The notes under the pieces are model-generated. The model worked only from the letters and a program-made list of their open reading frames with translations. It had not been told where the DNA came from and did no database searches. From positions 4,860,001 through 4,892,000 of the forward strand of contig NC_010296.1 of NCBI RefSeq assembly GCF_000010625.1: DNA of 32,000 nt, written 5' to 3'. Both the position numbers and the translations under genes were made by a program. Each line of letters opens with the position of its first letter. Within the stretch, counting starts at the first letter, position 1. Shown here piece by piece: positions 7,076-16,711 of the stretch. The stretch comes from Microcystis aeruginosa NIES-843 (GTDB lineage: Bacteria; Cyanobacteriota; Cyanobacteriia; Cyanobacteriales; Microcystaceae).

Positions 7076-8212
7076 TCAACGAGGGGGTTTTTGCAATTGT
7101 TGTTGTAGAGAAGTTTCCGGTTCGATCGCCAATCCGCTAAACTGTCGGATTAAGAGTGAAGGACTCTCCCTAGAATCGGCAGCGAGGAAAAATAACCAAC
7201 GGCTGCCGGGGGTGAGTTGTTCGATGGAATTGAAGTTACTTGTCAACCAAATTACAGGTAAATTAGGCAGATTGGCATTTTTTTGACTAGCTTTTGCCTC
7301 TATACCGGCTAAAGTTTCTAAAATGATCCTCTCCCCCTGAATTAAACCCGTTTCACCGGTCCAGAATTTCACATTTAATTGCCGACGATGGGCATAAAAA
7401 TAGAGGGAAGCAGCGGCAATAATCGCCCGTTCAAAACTGTCTTCTTGCCAATCACAGAGGGTATCGAGACAGATAATCACTTCCTGTCCTCCCGTTAACA
7501 CTTCTAATTCCCGAATTTGAAATTCTCCCAAACGGGCGCTAGTTTTCCAGTGAATTAAACGGGTAGAATCACCCTGGCGATATTGTCTCAGGTTACGGGT
7601 AAGTCCTTGACTAGCCTTTTGATAATAGCGATTATTCTCTAATGTTTGTTCCATCTCTTGACCGAGGGAATCGATCAGGGGACATTGTTGTAAGGGTAAA
7701 ATTTGGGGATAAACTAAAGCTTTAGCCGCTGCTTGCTGACAACGACGACACCAAAATAAACCGAGAGGGGCCGCTGTTCTTAATTGTACTTCTTGCCAGT
7801 GATAAATACCCCGTTTACTGGTGGGTAAATAATAGGTCCAACGATGGCAACTTTTGGGGGCAATCGTTTCTATTGGGGTTATTTTTGGCTGATCGAGAAC
7901 TATAGGCAGGATATCTGTCACTTCTAACAGATTTATCGGCTGATTGCTAGTATTTTCTATCTCTAGGCTAATACTAAGATCGTCTCCCGCACTTACGGGT
8001 ACAATGGCAAGACGACGCACTTTCAGGGGAAGAAGGGAACGACGGGGTAAAATTATCGATAAAATTAAAACAGCGATCGTCGTGCCACAGATAGCATACA
8101 ACCATCCCGCCATGGTATTGGTCGCAGCTCCGAAAAAACAGAGGGTAATGCCAATGATTACCCCACCACCGTAAGCGGGTAAAATACCGCGATCTTCTAA
8201 CCAAGTTTTCAT
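7076..8212 (-). CDS. DUF58 domain-containing protein
   Basis: Two N-terminal TM helices, then LRQYRQGDSTRLIHWKTSARLGEFQIRELE, the DUF58 signature block as I recall it. ATG at 8212 (MKTWLEDRG) is preferred over the track's GTG at 8302. No MoxR ATPase or transglutaminase partner is present in the window. Confidence 0.8.
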   Translation of the reverse strand: MKTWLEDRGILPAYGGGVIIGITLCFFGAATNTMAGWLYAICGTTIAVLILSIILPRRSLLPLKVRRLAIVPVSAGDDLSISLEIENTSNQPINLLEVTDILPIVLDQPKITPIETIAPKSCHRWTYYLPTSKRGIYHWQEVQLRTAAPLGLFWCRRCQQAAAKALVYPQILPLQQCPLIDSLGQEMEQTLENNRYYQKASQGLTRNLRQYRQGDSTRLIHWKTSARLGEFQIRELEVLTGGQEVIICLDTLCDWQEDSFERAIIAAASLYFYAHRRQLNVKFWTGETGLIQGERIILETLAGIEAKASQKNANLPNLPVIWLTSNFNSIEQLTPGSRWLFFLAADSRESPSLLIRQFSGLAIEPETSLQQQLQKPPR

Positions 8213-8244
8213 CGGGTTTAGTGGTTTTGTCGTCTTTGCTAGAA

Positions 8245-8544
8245 AGCTAAAAATCAGGCCCACACTTCTAGAATTACCCCAAAAGCCCTGAGAAACTATC
8301 ACAGAGATCGGACTGATCAGCCAAAAGATTTCTATCCCTTGCCACTATTGTTATTTTTCTTAACAAAACTTAACAATTGATGGCAAAATTTTGCTTGCTT
8401 TTGTCGGCAGATTTTGGGATAATATTTTTAAAAGAGTTTATTCATAATGGTAATCTAAGCGTTCTGCGATAAACACGACCATCCCATTATAAAACAATCA
8501 TAACCCAAGCCGCCGCCAAAGTCAAGCACTCACTCCTAATTATT
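8245..8544. repeat. Direct repeat copy 1 (300 bp) of the pair bracketing the IS
   Basis: Aligns with 10136-10436. The distal 188 bp (8357-8544) differ at only 3 positions. The proximal ~112 bp are only about three quarters identical, with a small indel. Confidence 0.95.
8497..8525 (-). promoter_or_regulatory. Sigma70-type promoter TTGACT-N17-TATGAT facing the DUF58 gene
   Basis: Minus strand: TTGACT (8525-8520), exact 17-nt spacer, TATGAT (8502-8497). It lies about 285 nt upstream of the DUF58 ATG. Confidence 0.55.
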
Positions 8545-8545
8545 A

Positions 8546-9800
8546 GAACTCTTGCAAATTAATTATATGTTATAATGATGGGTTAACTAATTTTCCCCAA
8601 AAAATTAGTTAATCAGTACATTCGTCCTGAATGAAAACTTGAAGTTTAACTTTTAACTCAAAACTCTTTAGAGCTGCTTTAATTTGGTTATCAAAACCTC
8701 TTTATTTAAGCGGCACAAACTATCTCAATTTTTATAATTGAGAATAAATTCTCCTTGACTTGATTAATCTTTAGGCAACTTTTAAGAAGCTGCTATACCT
8801 ATCCCTAACTCACAGTTATAAATAGCCGCCAACAAGTTAACTCTTAAACTATATCTTCGACGACGATTCCGATATTTACAGGATAAGATTTTAAAGATTT
8901 TGAGTTTCCTATTTATATGTTCAATGATAATCCTTTCTTTAGCTAAAGCCTTGTTATACTCTTTTTCTAACTCTGTTAATTTTCTATTTTTCGATTTCTT
9001 TTTCGGTGTATAACTATTACTATGGTATGCAGCTATTCCCTGATAACCACTGTCTTCTATGCTGGTAGTTAAAGGATGAAAACGAACTCGACTTTTTTTA
9101 AATAAACTAAAATCATGACCTCTACCTTTCCCACAGAAGACACAGATAATTTCCTCTGTATTTTGATCAGCTACTAATTGGGATTTTAAAGTATGATAAC
9201 CTCTTTTACCCGAAAAAAAATCTTTCTGTTTCTTTTGGGGGCGTTCAATGGGAGTTTCCGTTACATCCATTACCGTTATGACCGGTATCTCTGCTTGATT
9301 GAGTAAAGCTTTTTTTCCTTTTAAACGGAAGTTTCCCGATTGTAAAAGCATTTTTTCCGTCTTATTTACAATCCGACATATAGTTGATTCTGATAGTTCC
9401 CAGCTTGTACCAATGTGAAAATATGTTCTATATTCTCGCCAATATTCTAACGTTACTAAAACTTGTTCTTCTATAGATAGTTTAGGTTTCGGTCCCCTTT
9501 TAGATGGTGAATTAGAGTCGGCTTCAACACTTTTTACTGATTCTACCATCTTTCTATATGTTTGTTTGTACACACCGAAACGGCGTTTGAATTGTTCATC
9601 TGATAAGTTTTGATAATCCATAATTTTGCTAATAAACATAGCAAAATTATAGATGATTTCCTGACCTAAGATCACATTTTATTCTTTTTTCCACTTCAAT
9701 CTAAGAATTGAGAAAAAAGCAAAACCTTATATTATACCATAAAAAAATTATGCAAGAGGTCTATTATTAGATTTCTTGCATAATTAATTTTTGAGAGTTC
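8546..9800 (-). mobile_element. IS5-family-type insertion sequence (1255 bp)
   Basis: The terminal inverted repeats match at 18 of 21 positions: GAACTCTTGCAAATTAATTAT (8546-8566) versus the reverse complement of 9780-9800 (GAACTCTCAAAAATTAATTAT). There is a single DDE transposase ORF. The element looks markedly more AT-rich than its flanks by eye. Confidence 0.85.
8782..9621 (-). CDS. DDE transposase (IS5 / DDE_Tnp_4-like)
   Basis: N-terminal HTH-like region. Catalytic-region blocks: VMDVTETPIERP, FSGKRGYHTLKSQ, IEDSGYQG, ERIIIEHINRKLKIFKIL..KYRNRR. The ATG at 9621 (MDYQNLSDEQ) is preferred over the track start at 9675. Confidence 0.85.
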   Translation of the reverse strand: MDYQNLSDEQFKRRFGVYKQTYRKMVESVKSVEADSNSPSKRGPKPKLSIEEQVLVTLEYWREYRTYFHIGTSWELSESTICRIVNKTEKMLLQSGNFRLKGKKALLNQAEIPVITVMDVTETPIERPQKKQKDFFSGKRGYHTLKSQLVADQNTEEIICVFCGKGRGHDFSLFKKSRVRFHPLTTSIEDSGYQGIAAYHSNSYTPKKKSKNRKLTELEKEYNKALAKERIIIEHINRKLKIFKILSCKYRNRRRRYSLRVNLLAAIYNCELGIGIAAS

Positions 9801-10135
9801 AAACTCACCGTTCGCTCATTTCTCGAACCGAAAATTTGATAAATTGTCTCAAATACAGTCTAGCAAACGCATTGAGCGTTCTATTCGAAATTTATTAGTA
9901 CAAAAAAACCATTTGGAAGTTAACGAATTGATCAGGGTTTGAGCGAGTCAATTGGCGATCGCATTCTCGGATTTTCTGCTTACCTTATTCGCTAAAAAGC
10001 ATACAGGATAAAGGTAACAGCAATTTTAAAACCCTTCCCTTAAAAAATTAAGCGAACAATGAGTCGAAGGCTCTGCCTTAAAGTAGTATTCAGGTAGAAC
10101 CTCAACAAAGCGTTCCCAGGTAGAACTTGGGAACG

Positions 10136-10436
10136 AGCTAAAAATCAGCCCCACATCTCTATAATTCCCCCAAAAGCCCTGAGAAACTATCAAAGAGATC
10201 GGACTGATCTGTTAAGGGAGTTCTCTTCCTTGCCACTCTTAGGATTTTTCTTAACAAAACTTAACAATTGATGGCAAAATTTTGCTTGCTTTTGTCGGCA
10301 GATTTTGGGATAATATTTTTAAAAGAGTTTATTCATAATGGTAATTTAAGCGTTCGGTGATAAACACGACCATCCCATTATAAAACAATCATAACCCAAG
10401 CCGCCGCCAAAGTCAAGCACTCACTCCTAATTATTT
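10136..10436. repeat. Direct repeat copy 2 (301 bp)
   Basis: See copy 1. It lies immediately downstream (minus-strand sense) of aar. Confidence 0.95.
10389..10417 (-). promoter_or_regulatory. Second copy of the TTGACT-N17-TATGAT promoter
   Basis: Identical hexamers and spacer to those at 8497-8525. This copy points toward 10135-9801 and then into the IS and its transposase, which is on the same strand. Confidence 0.5.
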
Positions 10437-10486
10437 GTCGCCTAAAACTTCTAATTCCGTGGTCGGTGGGGGGTTGGGGATATTAA

Positions 10487-11506
10487 TTAAAATAACAAAG
10501 GTTGAAAACCGTGTTTGCGGGAAGCTGCGCCGATTTGTTCCATTTTAGGGACGGTAATTTGATTGCGTCCCCAGGAAAAATTAGTTTGCCAACCCTCCAA
10601 CTCCAATAAAATCGCCTCGGCAAAACAGGCAAACATTTGACGAGAGGGAATATCCATATTAACGATTTTCATAATTTTCCAGTCAATATCGAGGGAATGC
10701 TCGACAATGCCGCCCTTAATCACCGAAATATCAGGGGCATTTAACACCGTGCCTAAATTTTTCGGATAACCACCATCAATAATAATACAGGGGCGCTTGA
10801 GTTTATCTGGATCAATTTCCACCCCTTTAGGCAGACTAGCCACCCAAACAATGATATCGGCCAGGGGTAAAGCCTCCTCTAGGGGAAGAATTTTACCGCG
10901 TCCTAACTCCTCTTGCAGAGATTGTAAACGCTCTTGATTGCGTGCCACACATATTAGTTCTTTTGTATCGGTTTTTTCATTTAACCAACGACAAACGGCG
11001 CTGCCGATATCTCCAGTTGCCCCACAAACCACGACGGTAGATTGAGCTAAATCGATGCCCATTTTTTCAGCGAGGGTTTCCACCTGAGTGCAGATGACGT
11101 AAGCGGTGTGGGTGTTACCGGTGGTAAAACGGCCAAAATCTAGCTCGATATTCCGCACCTGTCGATTATCTTTGAGATTAAATTCCTCGAAAATAATTGA
11201 AGAAAAACCGCCGAGTGCGGTGATATTGATATCACTTTTTTGAGCGAGTGCCATGGCATTTAGCACCTTACGAATAGCAGACTTTACCCAACGATTCGAC
11301 AACATCTCTGGTAAAAAACAGGATTCGATATATTTTCCTCTGATGGTTTGCCCCGTGATGCTGGTGACATGAAAATCATCGACAATTTGCGGGGGGGCAG
11401 CACACCAAAAATCTAATCCCTGGTTAGCATATTCAGGATAACCTAGATCGTCGGCGACCGATTGGGCGTGTTCTAAACTGGTAAGATGACCTATAAGACC
11501 AAACAT
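10487..11506 (-). CDS. aar: Long-chain acyl-[acyl-carrier-protein] reductase (alkane pathway)
   Basis: Starts [15 protein letters not shown] (ATG 11506). Has a Rossmann motif ([14 protein letters not shown]), is ~339 aa long, and lies directly downstream of ado. This is the conserved cyanobacterial ado-aar arrangement. Confidence 0.92.
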   Translation of the reverse strand: MFGLIGHLTSLEHAQSVADDLGYPEYANQGLDFWCAAPPQIVDDFHVTSITGQTIRGKYIESCFLPEMLSNRWVKSAIRKVLNAMALAQKSDINITALGGFSSIIFEEFNLKDNRQVRNIELDFGRFTTGNTHTAYVICTQVETLAEKMGIDLAQSTVVVCGATGDIGSAVCRWLNEKTDTKELICVARNQERLQSLQEELGRGKILPLEEALPLADIIVWVASLPKGVEIDPDKLKRPCIIIDGGYPKNLGTVLNAPDISVIKGGIVEHSLDIDWKIMKIVNMDIPSRQMFACFAEAILLELEGWQTNFSWGRNQITVPKMEQIGAASRKHGFQPLLF

Positions 11507-11588
11507 TGATTGTTCTTTCGTTAGACTAGATGGCACTAGATAAAAATTAGGATATTGCTAAGAAATCGTTAAGACTCTTAAATATAAT

Positions 11589-11618
11589 ACACAAAAGAGC
11601 CGCTCTGTGTTGAGCGGC
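11589..11618 (-). terminator. Intrinsic-terminator-like hairpin between ado and aar
   Basis: Minus strand: GCCGCUC-AACACA-GAGCGGC followed by UCUUUUGUGU. It starts 36 nt after the ado stop codon. Confidence 0.55.
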
Positions 11619-11653
11619 AGCAGGGGAAAAAAAGAAATCTCGATGCTCAAGCT

Positions 11654-12349
11654 TTAGACAGCAGTTAATCCGTAGGCAGACATTCGCATAATATCACGGG
11701 TGCTGAAACCGATATTGCTTAAAGCTTCCCCGTAGCTAATCATGAAGTCTTCCACGAGGGCCTCTTTTTCCATACCGAGGACGCGAGCATCATTCTCGAC
11801 TTGATTGAGCATTCTCCAGACAATGGGTAGATTAGCGCGATTTGCCGCTTCTAATTCCTCTTTAGCGGTTTCAAAGTTCGCTTTTAGCCATTCTTCGCCA
11901 AAATTGAGGTGTAAATATTCGTCTTTAACTACGCCTTCAGTAATTTTACGCGCAAAAGGATCAGCAACGGGAATATAAATATTATAGGCAGCGATCGCGA
12001 AAGCTTCGATAATCAAAGATTGGATTAATAAACAGGTGACAACTTTACCTTCTGCGTAGGCAATTTGGAAGTTATTGTGCAGAGAGGAAAAGAATTCTCT
12101 GGCATAATCCATATCAGGAGTGATTTTCAAATTTTGGCCGCAAGCTTGAAAACCTTTCATGTGACGGTTTTCCATTTTTGCCAGACGGTGTAACTCTTCT
12201 TTGTTATCGGTGAGGATGTCTGCTAATTGAATATAATTGCTATTGGCCTCGTATTCGCCTTCAATAACGATGGCATTAATGCGACTATAGGCTGATTTAT
12301 AGGTTTCGCTGGTGAAATCAAGCTCTAATGGTACAGCAAGCTCTGGCAT
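11654..12349 (-). CDS. ado: Aldehyde-deformylating oxygenase
   Basis: 231 aa ferritin-like di-iron protein. It has EGEYEA...MENRH and [13 protein letters not shown]...EYLHLNFGE motifs consistent with ADO. Confidence 0.92.
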   Translation of the reverse strand: MPELAVPLELDFTSETYKSAYSRINAIVIEGEYEANSNYIQLADILTDNKEELHRLAKMENRHMKGFQACGQNLKITPDMDYAREFFSSLHNNFQIAYAEGKVVTCLLIQSLIIEAFAIAAYNIYIPVADPFARKITEGVVKDEYLHLNFGEEWLKANFETAKEELEAANRANLPIVWRMLNQVENDARVLGMEKEALVEDFMISYGEALSNIGFSTRDIMRMSAYGLTAV

Positions 12350-12539
12350 AAACTCGATTGACTCCTATTTCTGACGAGATTTTTCCGACGTTCTTTCCAG
12401 TCTAGGGTAAGCCTTCTAGATGGAGTTATCTTTTTACGAGTCTAGCTCGATCGGTCTTTTTTGTATAGCTTGGCCTGAGAGGCTGACTTCCCAAGTTAGC
12501 TATAGCGGTTATCTTTTGCCACTGAAAACAAATCTAGAG

Positions 12540-12567
12540 GCAATCCCTTCTCAAGAGAGGAGATTGC
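12540..12567 (-). terminator. Possible terminator hairpin after the zeta-carotene desaturase gene
   Basis: Minus strand: GCAAUCUCCUCUC / GAGAAGGGAUUGC arms with two G-U or mismatch positions and a very small loop. It is followed by a weak U-rich stretch, 12 nt after the stop codon. Confidence 0.3.
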
Positions 12568-12578
12568 TGGCTGTTTGC

Positions 12579-14039
12579 TCAAACCGTGGCTAAAGATTTC
12601 CAGCGCTCGGCCTGTTGTAAGATTGCTTTGGCTGCCTGTTTACCCGATAAAGTGGCTCCTTCCATGCTATCAATGTAATCCTGTTGGGTATAACTACCAG
12701 CAAGGAAAAAGTTAGCAATAGGAGTCGCTTGCGAGGGACGATAGACATCCATACCAGGTGCTTCCCGATAGAGACTCTGGGCCAATTTCACCACACTAAA
12801 CCAAGTCATCTTTAACTCCTGCGAGGAGGGAAATAACTTATGGACCTGCGCTAAAACGTGACCGGCAATATCTTCATTTTTAGCTTTGATAAAAGGATCC
12901 CCGGGGGTTAAAACTAACTGTAATAAAGAGCCTTCTCCGGGGCGATAATAATCCCTAGGACTGGTGAGAGCAAGATCTGCAAAACAGGAAAAATCCGCTT
13001 GGTGGGTGTACAAAAGATTGTCAATTCCCACCGCTTTTTGCAGTTGTCGGCGTTTTTCGGCATCATTTAACTCCGTCACCCAACCGTCAAAACGCAATTG
13101 TACCGTAGCGACGGGGACGGCTTCTAGTCGAAAAATATTGTCAAAAATCGGCATTTTTCGCCAATCTTGGGGAATAAGACGCTGAACACCGGGGACATCA
13201 CCAGCGCAGACATAGGCATCTGCGGTGATAGTTTCCGTGGTTTCTCCGTTAGCGACGATCATGCCATTAACTTGCAGATTTTCGCCCTCTCCAGAATAGA
13301 GAATTTCCCGCACCTGACGACGGGTAGAGATTTTGGCACCCCGGGCCTCCAGATAGTTAATAATCGGTTTATGCAGGTATTCGTGGGGGGAACCTTCTAA
13401 CATCCGCAGGACGGAAGCTTCGGTTTTAGCGGCGAAAAATTGGAAAATCGTCAGCATACAACGGGCTGAGATATTTTCCGTATCGATAAATCCTAAGGCA
13501 TAGGCGATCGGATTCCACATTTTTTTTAAACTGCCGTCATTACCGCCATGGCTACGAAACCAATCGGCAAAACTAATCGAGTCCAGCTCCCGAATCGTTT
13601 TCATCGCTCCTTGGAAGTCTATCAGACCGCGGACGATGGGACTTGTACCTAAGGCCAGAGAATTAAAGATTTTATCGGCTGCTGAGAGTTGGGAGGAGGT
13701 AAAAAAGGCTTTTAAACCGTTAAAAGGCGCACCTGCGGCGAAACGGAAGTCTAATTCGCCGATTTTTCCCCCTTCGTTGATAAAAGTGTGGGTGTGTTCT
13801 TTGAGCAGTAGGGATTGAAAAGCGCCCACTTTTTTCATTAACTCAAAAAGATTATAGTAACAGCCAAAAAAGACGTGCAAGCCCATCTCGATGTGATTAC
13901 CGTCCGCATCTACCCAACTACCGACTTTTCCACCGACAAAGGGACGAGATTCTAAGATTTCTACTGTACAGCCCGCATCGACCAGATCGATAGCTGTTGC
14001 CATTCCCGCTAACCCTGCACCAACGATCACCACTCGCAT
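12579..14039 (-). CDS. crtQ: 9,9'-di-cis-zeta-carotene desaturase
   Basis: [65 protein letters not shown] and the C-terminal [22 protein letters not shown] closely match my recollection of Synechocystis Slr0940 (ZDS), as distinct from phytoene desaturase. Confidence 0.9.
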   Translation of the reverse strand: MRVVIVGAGLAGMATAIDLVDAGCTVEILESRPFVGGKVGSWVDADGNHIEMGLHVFFGCYYNLFELMKKVGAFQSLLLKEHTHTFINEGGKIGELDFRFAAGAPFNGLKAFFTSSQLSAADKIFNSLALGTSPIVRGLIDFQGAMKTIRELDSISFADWFRSHGGNDGSLKKMWNPIAYALGFIDTENISARCMLTIFQFFAAKTEASVLRMLEGSPHEYLHKPIINYLEARGAKISTRRQVREILYSGEGENLQVNGMIVANGETTETITADAYVCAGDVPGVQRLIPQDWRKMPIFDNIFRLEAVPVATVQLRFDGWVTELNDAEKRRQLQKAVGIDNLLYTHQADFSCFADLALTSPRDYYRPGEGSLLQLVLTPGDPFIKAKNEDIAGHVLAQVHKLFPSSQELKMTWFSVVKLAQSLYREAPGMDVYRPSQATPIANFFLAGSYTQQDYIDSMEGATLSGKQAAKAILQQAERWKSLATV

Positions 14040-14176
14040 TTGTCAAGTTCCTGTTACAATTTTTCACTAAATCTTTATTTTACCCCGATCGGTCTGGTGT
14101 TTCTTGCGGGCGATTTTTTCAGGGTCGCTTGAGGGCGTGGCAAAATAATTGAGAGTTGCACTAGGGAGAAGTCATT

Positions 14177-16615
14177 TTGAAGCGATCGCTAGATGGGAGA
14201 CAGGGATTAATTATTGTCAGTATTATATGGATATTGGGGATATTAGTCGATAGATTCTGGTTTAGTCTCGATCATACTATTCCCGCTTGGGATCAGGCCG
14301 ATTATCTCAACGGTGGGATTATCTATACCCAAGCTTTCCAAAATCCGCGCTGGTTTGATGGGGATTGGTGGCGCAGTTTATGGCTAATGTCCCCGAAAAT
14401 TCCCCCTTTAACCTATCTTTTAACGATTCCCTTCTTTAATCTCTTTGGTATTAGCCTTGATGCGGGTATGTGGGTAATGGCTATCTATAGCGCCCTACTG
14501 CTCTTTTCTGTGTACGGATTGGGAATTATCCTCTTTAATGGGACTGTAGCACTCTGGGCGGTCTTAATCTGTCAATTTCTACCCGGTTTATACTATTATC
14601 GCCTCGAATATCTCTTAGATTTTCCCTTAGCGGCAATTGTAACGTTTTCTTACTTTTGCTTGACATGGTGGCGATTTAGTGGTCAGGGCTGGCTAAAAGC
14701 GATCGCTGTGGGGATTGCTTGCGGTTTAGGGATGTTAGTCAAACAAACCGCCCTATTTTTCCTCTTTTTACCGATTTTGTGGGTATTGGGCGAAAATCTC
14801 CGGCGAAAACGTTGGGGCAATCTAGCGCAATTAATGCTCAGTTTTTTGACGGCAGCATTGTTAATGTTTCCCTGGTATCGGACGAATTGGTTATTAATGT
14901 TAACTGCGGGCAAACGTGCCACGGTAGATTCGGCGATTTTGGAGGGAGATCCGCCCCTTACCAGTCCAGATGCCTGGACATTTTACGCCCAAGTTTTACC
15001 CTATTTTCTTTCTTGGGTATTGTTATTAGTTCCCCTGGTGGGATTATTAATCTCATTAAGTCATAGAAAAACCGAAGATAAGGTTAATCGTCCTGTGTGG
15101 ATTTGGTTAGGAGTTTTTCTGCTGGGGGGATACCTATTATCATCCCTAAATATCAATAAAGATGCTCGTTATATTTTGCCGCTTTTACCGACTTTATCCT
15201 TAATTTTATCCGTTGGTTTATTATCTTGGCGCGGTCGTTTTGCCCCCGCTATCCGTTGGGGAACGATAACTATTGCCGCTATCCTCACCAGTTTAAATTT
15301 ATTCCCCTTGGGGGGAGATATAATTACTAACGTTTTCAGTCCCGAATTACAACACCATCCCTATTTAAAAACCGGCTGGCCACAGGAAGAAGTAGTTAAA
15401 GAGATTCTAGCCGATTCTCCCTATCTTCGCAGCACCCTAGGAGTTTTACCTTCCACCCCCGAATTAAATCAACATACTCTCTCTTTCTACGGTGGTAAAC
15501 ATAATTCCCAGGTTGCCGGCAGACAGGTGGGAGTTCGGGAAGAAGATATCGAAAAGGATGTCAATTCTTTAGATTGGTTTTTAACTAAAACTGGTGAACA
15601 GGGTTCCGTCCCCGATGTCCAGAAAAAAATTGTTAATCGAGTCGCCACCGGGCCAGATTTCCAAGTGGAGAAAACTTGGCAGCTACCGGATGATAGTACC
15701 CTTTCTCTACACCGTAAAATATATCCTTCCGTCACGGTTAAACCCCTTGGAACTGCTCCAATACAGGTGGAATTAAGAGAGATTGCCATTGCCGAAAAAG
15801 CCTCTCCTAATCAACCAATTCCCGTGGTTTATAAATGGGCAGGAGACTGGCAACAATTAAAGTCAGGGATAGTGATTTTAAACTGGCAAGAAGTGGACGG
15901 TAAGGATTATTGGATGCACGATCATGGTATTGCTATGGGGGGATTAATGGCAGAAAAATTAACTCCAGAAGAGCAACAAAATGGTTTTGAAGTTACTGAA
16001 AAAACCGCCATGCAGTCGGCAGCAACCCCCGGAGTTTATCGCTTATCTGCTGTCTATCTCAATCGGGAAACTGGCGAAACCTATCCGATTAAAACTAATG
16101 CTCAAATTACTATCGATCCTCAAGTTCCCAAGTTAGCAACGCCCCAATTAGATTTAGTCACCCAATTGCGCTTAAAGTCTGCTAATATTGGTCAAGGATT
16201 AACGGGTATTGAGCCAATTTTTGAGTTAACTAATCGTATCAATCAATACGATTCTATTCAGGATTATGTGCTGCAAGCAGACAAGGCTTTTTCCTATCGT
16301 TTACAGCAACAAAACCCCCCCGATAAATTATCTTTAGCCTACGGATTAGCAATTTCTAAGGTACTACAACAGGATGTGGCAGGGGCAATAAAAGCCACGG
16401 AGGAAATGATTAAAATTGACCCCTATAATCCCTATCATTATGCTTATCAAGGTTTTATTTATCTCTACGATTGGCAACCGCAAGCAGCCCAAAAAGTCTT
16501 AGATAAAGCTAGACAATTAAATCCCGATAGTGAGGAAATTAAGACTTTAAATGCAGTGGCTGCCTTGATGGGGGGAAATCTCGTTAAAGCTTGGCAATTA
16601 TGGCAATCAAATTAA
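14177..16615 (+). CDS. GT39/ArnT-like polyprenyl-phosphate-dependent membrane glycosyltransferase with a large soluble C-terminal region ending in TPR-like repeats
   Basis: The N-terminal ~390 aa has many TM helices and an early DQADY motif typical of the ArnT/PMT (GT-C) fold. The C-terminus (DPYNPYHYAYQGFIYLYDWQPQAAQKVLDKARQLNPDS) is TPR-like. The start is TTG; there is no in-frame ATG nearby. Confidence 0.75.
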   Translation: MKRSLDGRQGLIIVSIIWILGILVDRFWFSLDHTIPAWDQADYLNGGIIYTQAFQNPRWFDGDWWRSLWLMSPKIPPLTYLLTIPFFNLFGISLDAGMWVMAIYSALLLFSVYGLGIILFNGTVALWAVLICQFLPGLYYYRLEYLLDFPLAAIVTFSYFCLTWWRFSGQGWLKAIAVGIACGLGMLVKQTALFFLFLPILWVLGENLRRKRWGNLAQLMLSFLTAALLMFPWYRTNWLLMLTAGKRATVDSAILEGDPPLTSPDAWTFYAQVLPYFLSWVLLLVPLVGLLISLSHRKTEDKVNRPVWIWLGVFLLGGYLLSSLNINKDARYILPLLPTLSLILSVGLLSWRGRFAPAIRWGTITIAAILTSLNLFPLGGDIITNVFSPELQHHPYLKTGWPQEEVVKEILADSPYLRSTLGVLPSTPELNQHTLSFYGGKHNSQVAGRQVGVREEDIEKDVNSLDWFLTKTGEQGSVPDVQKKIVNRVATGPDFQVEKTWQLPDDSTLSLHRKIYPSVTVKPLGTAPIQVELREIAIAEKASPNQPIPVVYKWAGDWQQLKSGIVILNWQEVDGKDYWMHDHGIAMGGLMAEKLTPEEQQNGFEVTEKTAMQSAATPGVYRLSAVYLNRETGETYPIKTNAQITIDPQVPKLATPQLDLVTQLRLKSANIGQGLTGIEPIFELTNRINQYDSIQDYVLQADKAFSYRLQQQNPPDKLSLAYGLAISKVLQQDVAGAIKATEEMIKIDPYNPYHYAYQGFIYLYDWQPQAAQKVLDKARQLNPDSEEIKTLNAVAALMGGNLVKAWQLWQSN

Positions 16616-16620
16616 AATAG

Positions 16621-16696
16621 AGTGGGAAGTGGGGTGTAGGGTGTGGGGTGTGGGAAGTGGGAGGTGGGGGAGTGGGGAAGTGGGGAAGTGGGAAGA
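16621..16696. repeat. G-rich heptamer-period array (AGTGGGA/TGTGGGG/AGTGGGG variants)
   Basis: Read directly from the sequence. It begins 6 nt after the GT39 stop codon. Confidence 0.9.
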
Positions 16697-16711
16697 ATAA
16701 ATAAAAATAAT

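Noticed and set aside
8213-8302. N-terminal extension of the DUF58 ORF from GTG 8302
   Set aside because: The ATG at 8212 gives a typical DUF58 N-terminus just before the first TM helix. The extension lies in the duplicated leader region. I left it as an open possibility in the repeat finding but did not annotate it as coding.
8380-8472. 30-codon ORF (MAKFCLLLSADFGIIFLKEFIHNGNLSVLR) inside the direct repeat, also present at 10272-10361
   Set aside because: Its conservation is explained by the near-identity of the repeat itself. The two copies end differently (..SVLR* versus ..SVR*). It is on the strand opposite to the strong promoter. Support is insufficient.
12517-12523. GCCACTG, the core of the cobalamin riboswitch B12 box, upstream of ado
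   Set aside because: It is an isolated heptamer. The surrounding conserved cobalamin-riboswitch helices are absent, and it is on the strand opposite to ado.
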